NCBI RefSeq assembly: GCF_963921235.1
Contig: NC_086097.1
Location: 14,322,001-14,386,000, forward strand
DNA: 64,000 bases
From: Mobula hypostoma
Taxonomy: Eukaryota
Direction of reading: 5' to 3'
Shown: piece by piece, positions 12,135 to 23,990 of the stretch
How the letters are laid out: every line of letters begins with the position of its first letter
Position numbering within the stretch: position 1 is the stretch's first letter
Notes under the pieces: model-generated
What the model was told of the DNA's origin: nothing
Seen by the model: the letters and a program-made list of their open reading frames with translations, nothing else
The model's database searches: none
Made by a program: the position numbers and the translations under genes

Positions 12135-12800
12135 ATGTATGGATCTATTTCTTTCAGAGCAATGGACCCCTCCTTAGCATTACGTATCGATCCGCTCTCT
12201 GTACCTGCGCATTGTGTTTGCTCATTCTCACTGTGATATGAATACTCCAGTTAAAGCCATCACCCACGTGCGTGCTTTTATTTAATTGATACGTAGCTGT
12301 GCACAGACGCAACAAATTTGCTACAAGTATGAACCCGAATATTACAAACTGCATCAACAGTTACGTGATGAGACAGCCAGAGTTAAACAGCACGAGAAAG
12401 CCGAAGGATGCATGAGTAATAGTGAAAGACGCGCTGAATTTAAAGTGAAAAGAACGTGGTGATGGCTTCAGTTGGGAAAGTTGCCGAATTTGATAGCACT
12501 AATGAAGACTGGGAGTCATATATCGAGAGGATTGAACTGTATTGTAATGCAAACAACGTGGAGGAGCAAAAGAAAGACCTACACTTCTTAGCTTAGTGGG
12601 CCCAAGAACATATCGTCTCTTACTCAACTTAGTAACCCCTGCAAAGCCAGCAAGCAAAACATTCAATGAAATTGTTACAATTTTACAAAATCACTTGAGC
12701 CCTAAACCATTGGTAAAAGCTGAGCGTTTTAGATACGTATTAGAAAAGGAATTCAAAAGATGAAAGCCTTTCTGAATACATTGCAGAACTGCACACGTCA
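12135..12800 (+). mobile_element. Gypsy/Ty3 LTR retrotransposon 5' remnant (LTR part plus frameshifted gag N-terminus)
   Basis: From ATG 12462: MASVGKVAEFDSTNEDWESYIERIELYCNANNV, then shifted LLSLVGPRTYRLLLNLVTPAKPASKTFNEIVTILQNHLSPKPLVKAERF. Confidence 0.8.
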
Positions 12801-13099
12801 GGAACATATGCAACATGAACCTCAAAGTCCCCCAAAATGAGTCCACAGCCTTGCCAATCTATGCTGCCAACATGGATCCCAAGACTCCTACAGATAAGCA
12901 AGAGGGAGACAGGCATGATGTCCCAACTCTGGTACTTAGTGCTCCAACGGATGAAGGTGAGAAAGCCACCTTCTTCACCACTCTGCCTACCAGTGTTGCT
13001 ACTTTGAGGAAACAGTGTACTTGTACCTCAAGTACTTTTTGCAGTTAAGTACTCCCTGGTGTCCTGCCATGCACTGTGTATATTCTGCCCTCATTTGAG

Positions 13100-13393
13100 G
13101 AGTGGCACAGTAGCATAAGTGGTTAGCACAATGCTCCAGGCAACCGGAGTTCACTTCCGGCCACTTCCTTTAAGAAAGTTGTACGTTCTCCCTGTGACTG
13201 CTGGGTTTCCTCCGGATGATCTGGTTTCCTCCACAGTTCAAAGTCATACCAGTTAGTAGATTGACAAGTTATTGTAAATTGCCCTGCGATTAGGCTAGGG
13301 TTTAACTGGAGGATTGCTGGGCGGCACAGCTCGAAGGGTTGAAATGACCTGTTCCACGCTATATCTCAATAAATAAATAAATAAATAAATAAA
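13100..13393 (+). mobile_element. V-SINE-like element with (TAAA)n tail
   Basis: tRNA-like A/B boxes, V-domain gggtttcctccggatgatctggtttcctcc, taaa repeats. Confidence 0.75.
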
Positions 13394-13932
13394 CTCCCTA
13401 AATGCGTCGCTTTGTAATTGTCTAAGTTAAGTTCCATCTACCTTACCAGCTTTCCCAATTGATATCATCATCTTCGCTGTCCACCACACCATCAATCTTG
13501 ATGTCATCTGGGAACTTACAAATCATGCCACGGACATTTTGTTCCTTCATGGACAATCAACAGAAGATCCAGCACCAATCCCCATGGCACACTACTGGTC
13601 ACATTAAGAGTGGTGTTGGATGGGATGAGGGGTTGGTGTTAAGACACAGTGCAGATGTTATGATGAGGTTCGATTGGTGGGGGAGGGAGGACGGGGGATA
13701 GAACATGACACCAAATTGACAATTGGTTTACTACAGGGCTAATTAACTCCTGATCATTGGTCCACTTAATCCATCCAGGAATGTTCATTCTCTGATTATG
13801 TCTCCCGCTTATAATTCAGGGTTTCCCTCAGTTTAATTAGATGGGGTTGTTCATTCAACCCTCGAGCCAGGAGAATGTCTGACATTAGAGCTTCTCACAG
13901 ACACCTCCACCCATCAATCAGACAACACAGGT

Positions 13933-14793
13933 CATACACCTAAGTGCTACACCTGCCCATAAACCTAAGTGCTACACCTTCCCATAAACCTGTGTTACAC
14001 CTGCCCATACACCTAAGTGCTACACTTGCCCATACACCTAAGTGCTACACCGGCCCATAAACTTAAGTGCTACACCTGCCCATAAACCTAAGTGCTACAC
14101 CTGCCCATAAACCTGTGTTACACCTGCCCATACACCTAAGTGCTACACCTGCCCATAAACCTAAGTGCTACACCTGCCCATAAACCTAAGTGCTACACCT
14201 GCCCATAGACCTGTGTTACACCTGCCCATACACCTAAGTGCTACACCTGCCTATACACCTGTGCTACACCTGCCCATAAACCTAAGTGCTACACCTTCCC
14301 ATAAACCTAAGTGTTACACCTGCCCATACACCTAAGTGCTACATTTGCCCATAAATCTAAGTGTTACACCTGCCCATACACCTAAGTGCTACACCTGCCC
14401 ATACACCTGTTACACCTGCCCATACACCTAAGTGCTACACCTGCCCATACACCTGTTACACCTGCCCATACACCTAAGTGTTACACCTGCCCATACACCT
14501 AAGTGCTACACTTGCCCATACACCTAAGTGTTACACCTGCCCATACACCTAAGTGCTACACCTGCCCATAAATCTAAGTGTTACACCTGCCCATACACCT
14601 AAGTGCTACACCTGCCCATACACCTGTGTTACACCTGCCCATACACCTAAGTGCTACACCTGCCCATAAATCTAAGTGTTACACCTGCCCATACACATAA
14701 GTGCTACACCTGCCCATACACCTAAGTGTTACACCTGCCCATACACATAAGTGCTACACCTGCCCATACACCTAAGTGCTACACCTGCCCATA
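13933..14793 (+). repeat. Minisatellite, ~35 units of 25 bp (cacctaagtgctacacctgcccata) with 23- and 21-bp variants
   Basis: Direct tandem array; last unit continues into PLE coding sequence. Confidence 0.95.
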
Positions 14794-15335
14794 CTCCTCC
14801 TCCCTCATCTCCATTCGGGGCCCCAGGCAGTCCTTCCAGGTGAGGCAACACTTCACTTTTGAATCTGCTGGGGTCGTCTATTGTGTCCGGTGCTCCAATG
14901 TACCCTCCCCTACAATGGAGAGACCCGTCATAATCCGGGGAATGGCTTTGTCCGCTCCATCCGCCAAAAATGAAACTTCCCGGTGGCCAAACATTTTAAT
15001 TCCCATTCCCATTCCTGTCCCAACATGTCGGTCCATTGTGCCAGGATGAAGCCACCCACAGGGTGGAGGAGCAACACCTCATATTCCAACTGGGAAGCCT
15101 TCAACCCGATGGCATGAATATTGATTTCTCCTTCCAGTAAAGAAATTTCCCCTTCCTTCACAGTCCTGAAGAAGTGTCTCAGCCCAAAACATTGACTGTT
15201 TATTCAGGTAAGTACATATTCGGCGCAGCATTGTGGGCTAAAGGGCCTGTATTGTGTTGTAGGTTTTCTATGTTTCTATGTTCTATCTCCATGGATGCTG
15301 CCTGACCTGCTGAGTCCCTCCAGCAGTTTGTAGGT
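14770..15335 (+). mobile_element. Degraded 5'-truncated Penelope-like element
   Basis: KCYTCPYSSSLISIRGPRQSFQVRQHFTFESAGVVYCVRCS (CxxC + GIY-YIG start); decayed hammerhead at ~15162-15197. Confidence 0.85.
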
Positions 15336-15637
15336 GTACACCAGCTCTACCTCCCAACTTTGTCCCTTCCCCACATCACCACTCCTGTTGTATATGAAAA
15401 GAGATGAGCAAACATCATTAAATGGCAATGTCTTCTCACATAAAAAGCCCCTAGCTTAGATGGCCAGTAAACTTAACTATTGTTTCATTTACAAGTATAT
15501 GGAAAAGAAATTTTAATTGCAGGGTTTCATTTGAAGGTTTTGTGGTATGGTAATACTTTCTCCCCTTTTAACTAATATGATTAAGCAACATCTTAATATT
15601 ATGTGCCGTTTCGGACACCTACCAACAGGAAACATGT

Positions 15638-16862
15638 AAATTTGAGGAAATTACCAGTAGGCTAGGCAAGGGAGATGCAGTGGATGTTGTATATTTGGAT
15701 TTTCAGAACGCCTTTGACAAGGTGCCACATGAGTCTACTTAACAAGAGCCCATGGAATTACGGGAAAGTTACATATGTGGATAGAGCGTTGGCTGATTGG
15801 CAGGAAACAGAGAGTGGGAATAAAGGGATCCTATTCTGGTTGGCTGCCGGTTACCAGTGGTGTTCCACAGGGGTCCGTGTTGGGGCCGCTTCTTTTTACA
15901 TTGTACATCAACGATTTGGATTATCGAATAGATGGCTTTGTGGCTAAGTTTGCTGACGATATGAAGATATGTGGAGGGGCTGGTTGTGCTGAGGAAACCG
16001 AGAGTCTGCAGAGAGACTTAGATAGGTTGGAAGAATGGGCAGAGAAGTGGCAAATGAAGTACAATATTGGAAAGTGTATGGTTATGCACTTTGGCAGAAA
16101 AAGTAAATGGGCAGACTTTTATTTAAATGGGGAAAGAATTCAAAGTTTGGAGATGCAACAGGACTTGGGAGTCCTCGTACAGGATACCCTTAAAGTTAAC
16201 CTCCAGGTTAAGTCAGTAGTGAAGAAGGCAAATGCAATGTTGGCATTCATTTCTAGAGGAATAGAGTATAGGAGCAGGGATGTGATGTTGAGGCTCTATA
16301 AGGCACTGGTGAGACCTCACTTGGAGTACTGTGGGCAGTTTTGGTCTCTTTATTTAAGAAAGGATGTGCTGACGTTGGAGAAGGTACAGAGAAGATTCAC
16401 TAGAATGATTCCGGGAATGAGAGGGTTAACATATGAGGAAAGTTTGTCCGCTCTTGGACTGTATTCCTTGGAGTTTAGAAGAATGAGGGGAGACCTCATA
16501 GAAACATTTCGAATGTTGAAAGGCATGGACAGAGTGGAGCAAAGTTGTTTCCCATGATTGGGGAGTCTAGTACGAGAGGGCATGACTTAAGGATTGAAGA
16601 GCACTCATTCAGAACAGAAATGCGAAGGAATTTTTTTAGTCAGAGGGTGGTGAATCTATGGAATTTGTTGCCACGGACAGCAGTGGAGCCCAAGTAATTG
16701 GGTGTATTTAAGGCAGAGATTGATAGGTATCTGAGTAGCCAGGGCATCAAAGGTTATGGTGAGAAGGCGGGGGACAATGGATCAGCTCATGATAAAATGG
16801 TGGAGCAGACTCGATGGGCCGAATGGCTGACTTCCGCTCCTTTGTCTTATGGTCTTATGGTC
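15638..16862 (+). mobile_element. CR1 LINE, 5'-truncated (RT C-terminal half)
   Basis: ORF 15775-16557 with GVPQGSVLGP and KFADD; tatggtct tail. Confidence 0.95.
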
Positions 16863-16864
16863 TA

Positions 16865-17365
16865 AATAAGGCTAAAAGAGTACAGGGAAATTTTACAAGA
16901 ATGTTGCGGGGACTGGAGGGCCTGAGTTATATGGAAAGACTGAACAGGTTAGGACTTTATTCCTCGGAATGTCGAAGATTAAGAGGAGATTTTATAAAAG
17001 TAAACAAAATTATAAGTGGTGTAGATAGAGTAACTGCAACAGGCTTTTTCCACTGGGTTGAGAAGGACTACAACCAGGGGTTATGGGTTAAGGGTGAAAG
17101 GTGAAAAGTTTAGGGCAAACCTAGGGGGAAACTTCTTCTTGCAGAAGGTTGTGAGGGTGTGAATCGAGCTCCCAGTACAAGTGGTGCATGCAAACCGATT
17201 TCGAAGTTTAAGAGAAGTTTGGATAGTTACGTGGATGGCAGGGATATAGAGGGCTATGGTCCCGGTGCAGGTCGAAGGGAGTAGGCAGTTTAAATGGCTC
17301 AGCATGGACTAGATGGGCTGAAGGGCCTGTTTCTGTGCTGTGCTTTTCTATGACTTTATGACTCT
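16865..17365 (+). mobile_element. CR1 LINE 3' fragment
   Basis: Same family as 6855-7380. Confidence 0.85.
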
Positions 17366-18756
17366 ATCAGTTCTGCTTTATTTCCCATTGCCAGCTTAGT
17401 ACACAGTATAAGCCCTTCCCTCCAGTCTCCACTCTACAAACAGGTTACCTGGTTGGAAATGCAGTGGTCATTGTGGTTTTTATTTGCTCCATTGTGTATA
17501 CTCTCAATTGAACCAAACCTCTTGGTGCCTCGTGGAGCACCTCTACATGTTATCTCCGCACCTGTTATCTTCAGTTCCAGCAAGACTCTAATCTGTGAAG
17601 TTTCTTGAATCCTGTCTCAGTTTGCCTGTCCTCCACTCATGGAGATATCAGAAATCATTAGTAATTTAACCTACTTTCTACAGGAAACACTTACAAAATC
17701 AACCATCATCCTTGCTTCCTTTCTGGAACTTGGCCACCTCAGAATGCTTTTGCTACATTAGTCAGCAGTTAGTCACAGAAAACAATCCTTCGAGAAGTGA
17801 CTGCATGCATACGGCACTGTGACACTTTCCTTCCTTCAGACAAACGTAAGGGGTATTAGAGATGAAAGAGATTAGCTTTATTTGTCAAGTGTACATCGTG
17901 ACATCAAAGTATACAGGGAAATGCATTGTCTGTGTCTGCGACCGACGTGTTCTGGGGTTGTGCTGGGTGAGGACAGCCACTCGTGTCATAATGCTTCCAG
18001 TGCCAACAAAGCATTGCCCACAACTCACTAACCATACCCAGTACATCTTTAGTACCTGGAGGAAGCCCATGCGGTCACCGTGAGAGCACACGAACTCCTC
18101 ACAGAGAATGGTGGGAATTGAACCCTGATCTCCCAATCAGTGATGCTGTAAGGTGACACTCTAACCATTACCTACCCTGCCACTTCCAATCACCCTTCAC
18201 TCCTGCTTTGGATCCTGAAGAAAGCGGCCACTCGTCTATAGTGTCAGACAGCAAGGCAGAGCTAATGGAGACTGACAAAATAGGTAGCTTGTACACACCC
18301 CGGTCCAATCAGTCCTGATAAAGGATCTCGGCTCAAAACGTCGACTGTTTATTCACTTCCACAGATGCTGCCTGACCTACTCAGTTCCTCCAGCATTTTT
18401 GTGTGTGTCGCTCTGGATTTTCAAAAATTTGCAGGCCTTCTCATGTTTATGATTTGCTCATGCAATCTTTCATCTGTTAGTCATAAACACAAGGAAGTCT
18501 GCAGATGCTGGAAATTTCAAAACAACGCACACAAAATGCTGGAGGAACTCAGAAACGAATAGTCAATGTTTCAGGCCCAGACCCTTCTTCGGGACTCAGA
18601 AGGAAGGGGGAAGATGCCAGAATAAAAAGGTGGGGCGAGTGGAAGAACAATAGCTAGAAGATGATAGGGGAAGCCAGGTGGGTGGGGAAGGTAAAGGGCT
18701 GCAGAAGAAGGAACTTGTTAGCAATTGCTGCACTTCACTAACATTTAGTCTTTTGC

Positions 18757-18930
18757 TTTCTCTCTCTCTCACTCTTTCTCTCTCTCTTTCTCTCACACTC
18801 TTTTTCTTCCTGTCTTCTCTCTCTCTTTCCCCCTTTCTCTCTTTCTTTATCTATCCCTCTCTCTCTCTCTCCCCCTTTCTCTCTCCATCTATCTCCCTAT
18901 CTTTCCTTCTCTCTTTCTTTTTCCCTCTCT
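18757..18930. repeat. CT-rich low-complexity/microsatellite tract
   Basis: Imperfect (CT)n. Confidence 0.9.
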
Positions 18931-20534
18931 AGTGAACTGATTAGGCACAGCTTCTTCATAAATAGCACAAAAGGCATGCTTAATGAAGTCATTGCTATGA
19001 GCCCTTCCATTGCTTCAAGGTGAACAGTAAAAATGCCCTAATGACTGCATTATGGGACAGAGGCCATTGTGTTTTCTGAGCAACTTCTTTATGCAAGATT
19101 TGCCAGATTAATATCTTGCCCAGTGTCTGAACAAAGCAGATCACATGGGATCCCCAAAATCACGCCTGTGAAGCTCCACATTATTCTGAAAGGTTATGCA
19201 ATTGATGCAGACAACACTGTTTGCAAACGACCCTCCCAATACTGACATAGATTATGATCATCACTGAATATATTTCATCAGGAGAATGTAAAAAACAAGC
19301 CTGACAATGCAGCTGATAGTATTGTAGCAATCATGACCTCTTACAGCTTTTTAAATAAGAACAACCGAAAGGTCACCTTATCTCCCTGCCATATTTCTGG
19401 CGACAATAGCATTTCTTAAGTCTTACAATGAAAGATGATTTCGTCTCAGATCAAATATTGTATGGACACTTAGCAACCCCCAAGGGCCTGAGAGTGCAGG
19501 ACACTTTTTTTTCTTATCACCTGGCAATCATGAAGGCTTATTTGTACGCTATCTATAATCTTCATGAGCTCATCTCTACACTGCCAGCTCCTCCCCTCTC
19601 CTCCAAACAACCTCTCTCTCATGCATCAAGGTCCTTTCCAGCAAAAAGGAAGAGTGTAAAGCTGACTGTCATTAGTCTGATTCACGTTCAAGTGCAGTCA
19701 GCTGTTCATCTGCATGAAGAGTGGTGTTGGGTGAGAGGAGGGGTCAATGCCTGGATAGGGTACAGAGGTTATGATGAGGTTAGATTTGAGTGGGGGGGGG
19801 GTAGTGTTGGAGGATGGATAAAAAATGACTGGGATACAGTCACATTAAAATGTAAAGAGCTTTATTCTTGAGCAGTATTATCTACAGCAGCAGAGGGCCA
19901 TGTCACTGGCCGTAGTATGAGGTAGGAACAAAAGTGAGAGCATGTCTTTGTCTGAGGCTTTTCCTGGTTGCTTTTACTGCGAGCCCTGCGGACAAGTGGA
20001 TAGTGTTTCAGAGGCAGTGCTGGCCCATGTGAAAGCAGGGGATTAGTATATTTAAAAAAAAAACAAGTTTGGCAGCTACCTGAGTAGATTTGTCTCCAAC
20101 CTGTTGTGAAATCAGCTCAAGGTCCACTTAAAGGGGCAATACTTTTCCAGGGATATAACAGTGCTGACAGGGAGTTGACATTACAGGATTGCCAGAGAAC
20201 TGTCAGCCTAAAGCAGCTGTCACTGTAAAAAAGTTAACCTGACTCCACTTCAATTGGCAATTTTATTATTTTATGCTCTACCTTTTAATTATAAGCAGTT
20301 TGCTTGAAGAAATAAGGAAAGACTTGAACTAATGTCCCAAAATCATTTGCAGCCAATGATATACTTCTGAATTGCAAATCCTTGACTATTCTTATGGAGA
20401 ATTATACAGGATTTACACATAGGAACTGGTAATTATCCCAACAAATTGTGTTTATACTCCACATGCATTACCCCCATTTCGTCAGAATAACCTTCCATTC
20501 CATCCTCTGCTGTGTGTTACAATGTGTTAACTTA

Positions 20535-20890
20535 GGGAGGCGAGGTGGAGATATGTCTCTACCAAAGGAGGTGTAAGGCACTCCTTCCCTCCACTAGCCT
20601 GCAGGTCACCCTTGGGCAAGGTGTAGTACCTGCTTAGCCCCCTGATCAGGGTCATGTTAAACCATGGAGGCAGCTGGTGGATGGTCGTATGAGCAGCCGG
20701 TACATCTCACAAGCCCTGGTTATGCCACCACTGGCGCCAGACAGACAATCTTTGAAGAATATTGATAACGGCTGGGGTCACCCGTCTTGTAAAGACACTG
20801 CCCAGAAGATGGCAATGGCAAGAACAACCATGGTCATGGAAAGTCCATGATCATCTGTGTCATAGGACATGGTGCATAATGCTGATGATA
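20535..20890 (+). mobile_element. RTE-related bipartite SINE-like element (family copy 3)
   Basis: Matches copies at 4553 and 11765; 3' end resembles RTE ORF C-terminus with short repeat tail. Confidence 0.7.
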
Positions 20891-21044
20891 AACCTTAGGA
20901 ACAGCCTCTTCCCCTTTGTCATCAAATGAATGGTCCATAAACCCATGAATGTTACTTCACTATTCCTATTCCTCTGTCACACTATTTGTTTATTTCTATT
21001 ATAATTTATAGTAATTTTTATGTATTGGTTCCTTAAAGGTTGTT

Positions 21045-21580
21045 ATAACCATGGGCAGTAACGGGACAAGCTCCCATTACCTATTAAATGCTCTCAATGG
21101 CATGGGCCTCAAATAGCCTCTGAAACCAAGTCCATTTCCTGGCCTTAAGCCCAGTGGAACTATTTCTACTGGTAGGAGAAGAGGCCAAGGTGGGTTACTG
21201 GTGCCTTTAAACCAGTCGCTTCGGGTAAGTGGGACTCATCACCCATGGTTGGCATCTCATCTAGGAGAAGGAAAACTCTGATCTCAAATTTCTGCTGCCT
21301 TGTGGCTAAACCCACTGACTGAAGAAGACCCTGAGGGAAAATTCTGGAGCTGTAGTCCCTAGGACAGTCCTACGTTGAGTTTAACGTTGACTGCCAACTC
21401 CTGTGATGTCACTGGTGCCAAACTTAATCGCTTTCTGCTGTTTGCTTGAATTCATCAGCTACGTGGAGAGGGAGAGCTTTCTACATGAACAAAAGCACAC
21501 TCTCCATATTGTACTGCCCTGGCTTGCATATCTGAACAACTAGGACACAATATCCATCGTCGAACCTGAGCGATGGAGGC
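21045..21580 (+). mobile_element. Degraded RTE-clade 5'UTR-like fragment
   Basis: Motif tctaggagaaggaaaactctga recalled from RTE-clade 5'UTRs; sits within a Rex1 tail. Confidence 0.5.
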
Positions 21581-23304
21581 CTACTATGCATTGCACTGTA
21601 CTACAGCCACAGAACAACAAATTACACAATGTATAATATGTCAATGAAGCTGAGAAACCTGATTCTGATTCGGTACTAATCACCTTCACTCTGTGGGATA
21701 AATTCTATATGCTCACCACTCTCTGATTAAGCAACTTTGCCTACCATTTGCTATGACACATCCCCACAGCTGCTTAATGGGCAGGGCAATGGAAAATGAA
21801 CATCGGGACAGATACAGTCAAAAGATCTCACGGGCAAGCAATTGACAAATGGACCAAAAAGCCTCTCTCTCTGCTGAAAGCAGAAGAAGCATATTGTAAG
21901 CCTATCCAATGATCTAACCAGGTAGATGATGAGAGAGATCCTAGTTGGGAGCAATCTCTCTAAAGTTTACTAGACCCTGAGCAAACCACTTCAGAAACTG
22001 TCTCCCCCAGCTTTAATTCCATTAAAATCTTCAACAAAAAATGGTATCTGACTGTCCTGGGTTTTGACCAGGTCTTTGACAGCTGATCGAAGCTTTTCTA
22101 TCATCTACAGTTTCAAATTCCAATTCCGATTAAGATTCATTTATTTATCGCAAGCACATGGAAACATACAGTGAAATGCATCGTTCGTGTTAAGGACCGA
22201 CGCGAATTAAGGATGTGCTGGGGGCAGCCTGCAAGTGTCACCACACGTTCTGGCACCAACATTGTATGCCTGCAATGTTCAGCAAAACAACAACAACACA
22301 ACAAGCCTCGTTCTTTCCTCCCACCCACACACGCACAGACAGCCCTCCAACACTAGGACAGGCCATCTGCAGACTTCTGCCTTCAGTGGACTCGGACTCA
22401 CAGAGGTTGGGCCTTTGACTCCCCCACCCCAACAGACTCGCAGGCATAAGGCACAAGTCAGCAGTGCGATGGAATTCCGTCTACCTCCATGGATGAGTGA
22501 AACTCCAACAAACACAGGAAGCTCAACATCATCTCTCTGAACCCATTCTCCTGTCTTCTCCCTGTGACCCTTGACACCCTTACTAATCAAGAGCCTATCA
22601 ACCTCCGCTTTAAATATACCCCAATGGCTTGGCCTCCATACTGTCTGTGGCAATGAATTCCACAGATTTATCAGCCTCCAGCTAAAGAAATTCCTCTTCA
22701 TCTCTTGAATTGCTTTAATTCATCTCCTGTCTGGACAAGGTCACCAACACGGAAGTCCAGGATTCTAATCCGCCAACACACATTCTGTGCTAATCCAATG
22801 ATGTTGGTGGGGTATCGGCCATGTTCATTGGATGGATGCAAAGAACTAACCACAGGGCCACCATCAGCCAAAGGTCCTCACCTCCACCGTAAGGCTGGAT
22901 GTGAAGCTGCTGGGCATCAACACGGCCAATTCAGAGACAGCTGCCAACAGATGAGATCTCTGAAGCATCACTGACAAGGAACACATCAGGAAAAGTTGGG
23001 GGAAGGAGAGAACAGGGGACACAAACCTTGGAGTTTCTCAGCTCACTGCCGTCATCTGCAGCCACAGACACCTCACATCAGACTCAAACCAAGCAACGTT
23101 CAATTGGGAATTGATTCCTAAGGCTCAAGCTATCCTACTACCTGTCAAAGGGCTGGGCTTCTCTGAGAGCACTTCCCAAACCAAAAACAGTATCACCAAT
23201 GAGGCAAGGATGAGGGTAATCAGAGCAATGAAAATTCCCCTTCTAATCACGCACCATCCTAACTTAGGGATATGTTACCATTCCTCCATCATACAGTTAT
23301 AGAG

Positions 23305-23990
23305 CACTACAACATAGAAACAGGCCCTTTGGCCCATCTAGTCCAAGTCAGTCTGGAGTCTGTCTGGTCCCATCTACATGCACCTGGACCATAACCCTCC
23401 ATACCTTCTTTATGCATGTCATAGTCACAGTCATAGTCATAGTCATACTTTATTGATCCCGGGGGAAACTGGTTTTCGTTACAGTTGCACCATAAATAAT
23501 AAATAGTAATAGAACCATTATGCCAGTAAATTATGAAATAAGTCCAGGACCAGCCTATCGGCACAGGGTGTCTGACCCTCCAAGGGAGGAGTTGTAAAGT
23601 TTGATGGCCACAGGCAGGAATGACTTCCTATGACGCTCTGTGTTGCATCTCAGTGGAATGAGTCTCCGGCTGAATGTACTCCTGTGCCCACCCAGTACAT
23701 TATGTAGTGGATGGGAGACATTGATCAAGGTGGCATGCAACTTAGACAGCATCCTCTTTTCAGACACCACCGTGAAAAAGTTCTTCTAAGTGTTACAGTC
23801 AAATCCGCATTTACCACTTCTCTGGAATCTCATTCCACACTCTCACCACCCTTGGAGTAAAGGAGCACCTTGAAATATTATCCTTTAATATTTCACCTTT
23901 CACTTTAACCCCATGTCCTCCAGTTGTAGTCTCGCCCAACCTGAGGGGAGAAGGCCTGCTTGCATTCATCCTACCTATACACCTCATATT
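23305..23990 (-). mobile_element. CR1 3' fragment with nested Rex1-like 3' end (23420-23775)
   Basis: Nested ORF 23555-23770 SHPLH...RCNTERHRKSFLPVAIKLYNS with (tcatag)n tail; CR1 TTGGHG.KVKG...RVVRVWNE. Confidence 0.8.

Noticed and set aside
13100..13165. Functional tRNA genes at SINE heads (also ~820-888, ~26322-26400)
   Set aside because: Decayed A/B boxes attached to V-domain SINE bodies; no complete cloverleaf.
13933..14793. CRISPR-like array
   Set aside because: Head-to-tail units with no unique spacers; the unit is PLE coding sequence; eukaryotic context.
19428..19871. 147-aa ORF in the unique island
   Set aside because: No recognisable domain or splice context; runs through a poly-G tract; probably chance.
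19918..19935. let-7-like miRNA (tgaggtagg)
   Set aside because: Only the first ~10 nt match; no complementary hairpin arm seen.
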